Shown here: in pieces, positions 61,501-64,000 of the stretch | Layout: each line of letters starts with the position of its first letter | Numbering within the stretch: the stretch's first letter is position 1 | Source: Bacteroidales bacterium | GTDB taxonomy: Bacteria; Bacteroidota; Bacteroidia; Bacteroidales; Paludibacteraceae | NCBI GenBank assembly: GCA_015654525.1 | Contig: JAATGT010000033.1 | Coordinates: forward strand, 4,082 to 68,081 | Length of the DNA: 64,000 bases | Reading direction: 5' to 3' | Program-made: the position numbers and the translations under genes | The notes under the pieces: model-generated | The model's input: only the letters and a program-made list of their open reading frames with translations | Told to the model about the DNA's origin: nothing | The model's database searches: none

Positions 61501-63999
61501 CTGAGTAAGCGTAATAGGGTTTGTCGAAAAAACACCTCCAGATACTGTTGAGATTTCAAAATTGGATGGGGCTGTAGCAACTATATTCGCAGCAAGTCCT
61601 GAACCCTTTACTGTAAATGACTGCTCGCCCGATGGACCCGAACCCTGAGCGTAATTAAACCCATTCAACGACGATGTTGAAATAGCAATTGGATCAATAA
61701 TGTTTATTGTATAATCTTCGACCTCACCATTCTGCCCGTAACAAGGAGGATAAACAGAATTATAATAATTACTGGCTATTCTCATTCTGGTTGCACCTAA
61801 ACTTGTTCCTGCAGGAGCTGTTATGCTCGGAGTTATACTGGTTACTCCACTAGTGGTGGTATTTCCAAGATCATATTCTTCGCCTGCGTCTGTAAAAGAT
61901 CCATTATTATTCCAATCTATCCATGCTTTTGCACTAACCTTACCACTACTAATGGTGTTTACGTTCACTGTAAGCGTATACGAAATTCCAACAGAAATAG
62001 TGGTTAATGGCGATGAGGTAAAATCACCATACCCATTTGCAGAACAACTATTAGAATTATTATCCAGCGTGTTGAGTCTAACCCGGGAAATATAGTATGA
62101 TGAATTATTTTGTCCCTGACCGGGGCAGTAAAGAGAAGTAGGCGATGTAACTGTTCCGGTGACAGGTACAAGTGTTGCAACTAAACCAACCGTTGAGCAA
62201 GTGATATTTTCGTTATAACTCCCTATTGCTAATCCTGCTTTAAGCCGGATATAAATAAGAGCATTATTCACAGATCCTGTTGGAGATTGAGGAACTGTAA
62301 GTGGGGTGGAGTAGAAATTGATATTATCTAATGAAATTTCATAATCAGCTGGGGGGGTAACTATAAACGAACCTGTAAGATTTTTACCGTATACATAAAG
62401 TTGCTGAACAATCGAAGGGCCTACGCCATGCACATAAGTGAATGTAGAGGATGGTGCTGAATTGATAGTTATTGATGGGAATCCCATTGCGGTAAAATCG
62501 CCAAAAAAAGAAACTCCATTAGCAGCAAGTGTATAGGGGGCTGGATTTCCGCTTACACTCGATGGGGAGGTATAGGGAAGCCAGCCGCCATTTACGTATT
62601 CAGCCGGATTTTGAACAGTCCAATCTCCTACAAGCTCATTAGCATTTCCAAAAGTTGCTGTAACATTGCATAGAAATGCGGAGATTCCGGTTTGACTTAC
62701 CGTCCAATATCTTTTAAAATAATTAGCTGAATTCAGATTTTGAGGATGTACTGCGTTGGTAACATTTACCCCTACGTAAGCACCAGCCGCATAAATTCCC
62801 TGAGTAAAATTGAGAGTTATAGGGGAATAATAATACGCACCATTTGTGTTGTCTCCAATAGGGAAGGTAAATGAACCATTTCCTGTAATCATTTTTTGTA
62901 CTTGACCTGTACCATCGGCCACAATCATACAACTATTGTACATATTTGGCATATTGCCTATTGAAGCTGAAGCGCCTAAGGTTAGATTATTTGACCCAAG
63001 TGTGAATAATGTATTGTTCTTAATTGTCAGGACTCCATTAACTATTTCACTAAATCCTAATGAAAAATCTTCACCATTACCAGTCCCTAGTGTTAAATTA
63101 TTAAAAGTGGTTGAAACGCTACCTCCAATAGTTTTTGCAGAAGTGCTCATTGTTACTGTTCCAGTACCTGAGGTGAATGTTCCACCATTATTATTCCAGT
63201 TGCCAGCCACAGAAAGATTTGTTCCTGCTGTAAACGTTCCTGCAGCCAGAGTAAAGTTGCCGGTTACATTCATAATTGGCGGAGCATTAAAGTCTCCCAA
63301 AGTTTCAGTAAAAGTTCCTCCAACATTCAGCGTAGTTGTGCTTCCACTGACATTTAAATCCTGACCTGCAGTTTTATTTAAAATAATATTGTTGAAAGTT
63401 TGAGTAGCTGCAGTTCCATTAATTGCAGTAGTGTTACCTGTAAATGTTACTGTTCCGGTTCCGGCTGTAAATGTTCCACCATTATTTATCCAGTTGCCAC
63501 TAACAGTTGTATTAAAGTTATTTGCATTAAAAGTAGTACCTGAAGGTATCGTAAGATCACCGTTTATTGTCAACCCAACACCCATTGTTGTAGTACCTGC
63601 AATACATGTCAGATTATTGAATGTCGTGAAAATAGTAGCTGGCAATGTGTTGGTAGCGTCAAGTATTATAGTTCCTGAGCCTGGAGTAAATGAATTACCC
63701 GTTGCAGTATTAACCGCCAGACTTCCGGTTCTTAATGCACCTCCATTTGTCATGTCTATTATGCCACACCCTTGTCCCGAATAACCTAGAACCACACTCC
63801 CGGCATCTAAAGTTGATCCATTAGCGAAGTTAATCGTCAGGTCTTTATTGGTATTGTTGCCTCCCAGTTGTACGCTTCCTGAAACTGTAAGCGTATATGC
63901 GCCCCCAAAGGTAAGCGCCCCATAATTGTTTGTACTTGCATTTATACTAGAACAAGCTGCATCTGCAGTAACTGTAACAGTATATGTCCTTTCAATAAT
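58576..63999 (-). CDS. Large T9SS-secreted surface protein with GEVED and Ig-like domains, 5' end outside window
   Basis: Frame is open to the window end. AWIDWNNNGSFTDAGE...TRMRI...GEVEDY, repeated Ig-like and GNW.NNGGTF units, CTD LYDMAGR...QGIY...KRFIVQ. Confidence 0.85.
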   Translation of the reverse strand: MIERTYTVTVTADAACSSINASTNNYGALTFGGAYTLTVSGSVQLGGNNTNKDLTINFANGSTLDAGSVVLGYSGQGCGIIDMTNGGALRTGSLAVNTATGNSFTPGSGTIILDATNTLPATIFTTFNNLTCIAGTTTMGVGLTINGDLTIPSGTTFNANNFNTTVSGNWINNGGTFTAGTGTVTFTGNTTAINGTAATQTFNNIILNKTAGQDLNVSGSTTTLNVGGTFTETLGDFNAPPIMNVTGNFTLAAGTFTAGTNLSVAGNWNNNGGTFTSGTGTVTMSTSAKTIGGSVSTTFNNLTLGTGNGEDFSLGFSEIVNGVLTIKNNTLFTLGSNNLTLGASASIGNMPNMYNSCMIVADGTGQVQKMITGNGSFTFPIGDNTNGAYYYSPITLNFTQGIYAAGAYVGVNVTNAVHPQNLNSANYFKRYWTVSQTGISAFLCNVTATFGNANELVGDWTVQNPAEYVNGGWLPYTSPSSVSGNPAPYTLAANGVSFFGDFTAMGFPSITINSAPSSTFTYVHGVGPSIVQQLYVYGKNLTGSFIVTPPADYEISLDNINFYSTPLTVPQSPTGSVNNALIYIRLKAGLAIGSYNENITCSTVGLVATLVPVTGTVTSPTSLYCPGQGQNNSSYYISRVRLNTLDNNSNSCSANGYGDFTSSPLTTISVGISYTLTVNVNTISSGKVSAKAWIDWNNNGSFTDAGEEYDLGNTTTSGVTSITPSITAPAGTSLGATRMRIASNYYNSVYPPCYGQNGEVEDYTINIIDPIAISTSSLNGFNYAQGSGPSGEQSFTVKGSGLAANIVATAPSNFEISTVSGGVFSTNPITLTQTGGNINLTTIYVRLKAGLSAGGYGPQDITLTSTGSTSKAVTCIGYVIPSVIVGGGGSYCINDSIKLTSSVSSGATSYYWSGPNNFYKLNTLNASIPVTSVAANAGAYTLTADYLTGSELIVDGGFESEPTNIKPTDFSSDYTYASPSAGGSVLKSSNTYTITNTPISVHTKKGAQFDYTSNPAHGGTYQLVVHGSNVDNYTFWSQSVPVEANSNYQFSYWIQNVAGTGTGVPSAKIQLDVNGSVVGSVYTAPAAAGQWQQWVYNINTGNATTLILELVNPKTDGNQFAVDDISMKKGVTASAWVNVSVNSSFTLPTVTIAADTTSTVSAGTSVTFTATPTNGGHPPIYQWKVNGIIPTTGVTTAETYTYIPANGDKITCEMTSTSTCKTGSNPYISNAITMTVATATKNYWTGTVDSNWSNPLNWTANAIPASGDNVEFSTTTTIPWGDASRDLIVDNADKVINNLTNLSSKNLIIPSARCLTVNGTITTNGDVNQIQLKADQTGAQQNGSLVFHDTSKVNGTVEMYSIAKYNATGTLYNGVTYNYTWQYFGIPIESIPADPTFYDSWVRRWNETGADMASHWVQLGNTDQLNPFYGYEITQQVTTGKTIVFQGQLVNRNFTTPILAKTSTALFPGQQILANPYTAAIDIKKFLTTNTNADFDGSVYLYSTGSYADWGNAGGQGGAYGTSPGQYQVVNNTAGTGGLPSQIPSMQGFLVQVVTGSQPNSTITFNYNDVVKNSELQRVKGTVATSAEDMVSTKIEVTGANYSDKMWIFTDSTFTKKYDKGWDGTKMYGSALAPQLYAVGSDGIYQINAVNDMSNTVLGFERGVDDTYTFTFTHENTDTRYSGIYLVDSIEHKTIDITASGSQYEFTVDSNGIYPNRFKIITRSYEQNDPEVNSKIKVFNSNGMVFVQNLSSEQGQFSLYDMAGRQLNRTLFGPNSVTQVCTVAQQGIYVGKAATNSEKNTKRFIVQ

Positions 64000-64000
64000 A

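Noticed and set aside
7372-63784. Numerous 60-200 aa antisense or out-of-frame ORFs inside long genes (e.g. 7372-7962, 40769-41275, 56263-56865)
   Set aside because: Shadow ORFs of well-supported genes, with no recognisable motifs.
1-64000. tRNA, rRNA, integrase, transposase or prophage genes
   Set aside because: None recognised in the sequence or in the ORF track.

Overview
Chromosomal window from a Bacteroidota (Bacteroidales, probably Paludibacter-like) genome. The taxonomy is inferred from SusC/SusD, a hybrid two-component system (HTCS), a T9SS C-terminal domain and many TAnnTTTG -7 promoter boxes. The centre (7.2-41.8 kb) is a 16-gene polysaccharide utilisation locus whose enzyme set fits fucosylated, acetylated xyloglucan: GH5 with a BACON-like domain, 2x GH31, 2x GH3, GH95, GH29, GH42, GH43, GH39, two SGNH esterases, SusC/D, a surface glycan-binding protein and an HTCS. 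The left flank has two paralogous transglutaminase-like proteins, a PRMT-like methyltransferase, a patatin, an MFS transporter and an ECF sigma/anti-sigma/DUF6249-like module. The right flank has a TonB receptor with PepSY, a DUF6261-like gene preceded by six repeats at an exact 41-bp period, a MITE-like element, several REP-like palindromes, a Pro-rich beta-helix lipoprotein, galM/galK, a second ECF module, a ThrE pair, copA, a protein with a PEP-CTERM-like tail, and a large T9SS/GEVED protein running off the window. No rRNA, tRNA, transposase, integrase or cas gene was seen. All family assignments come from motif recognition by eye, not database searches.
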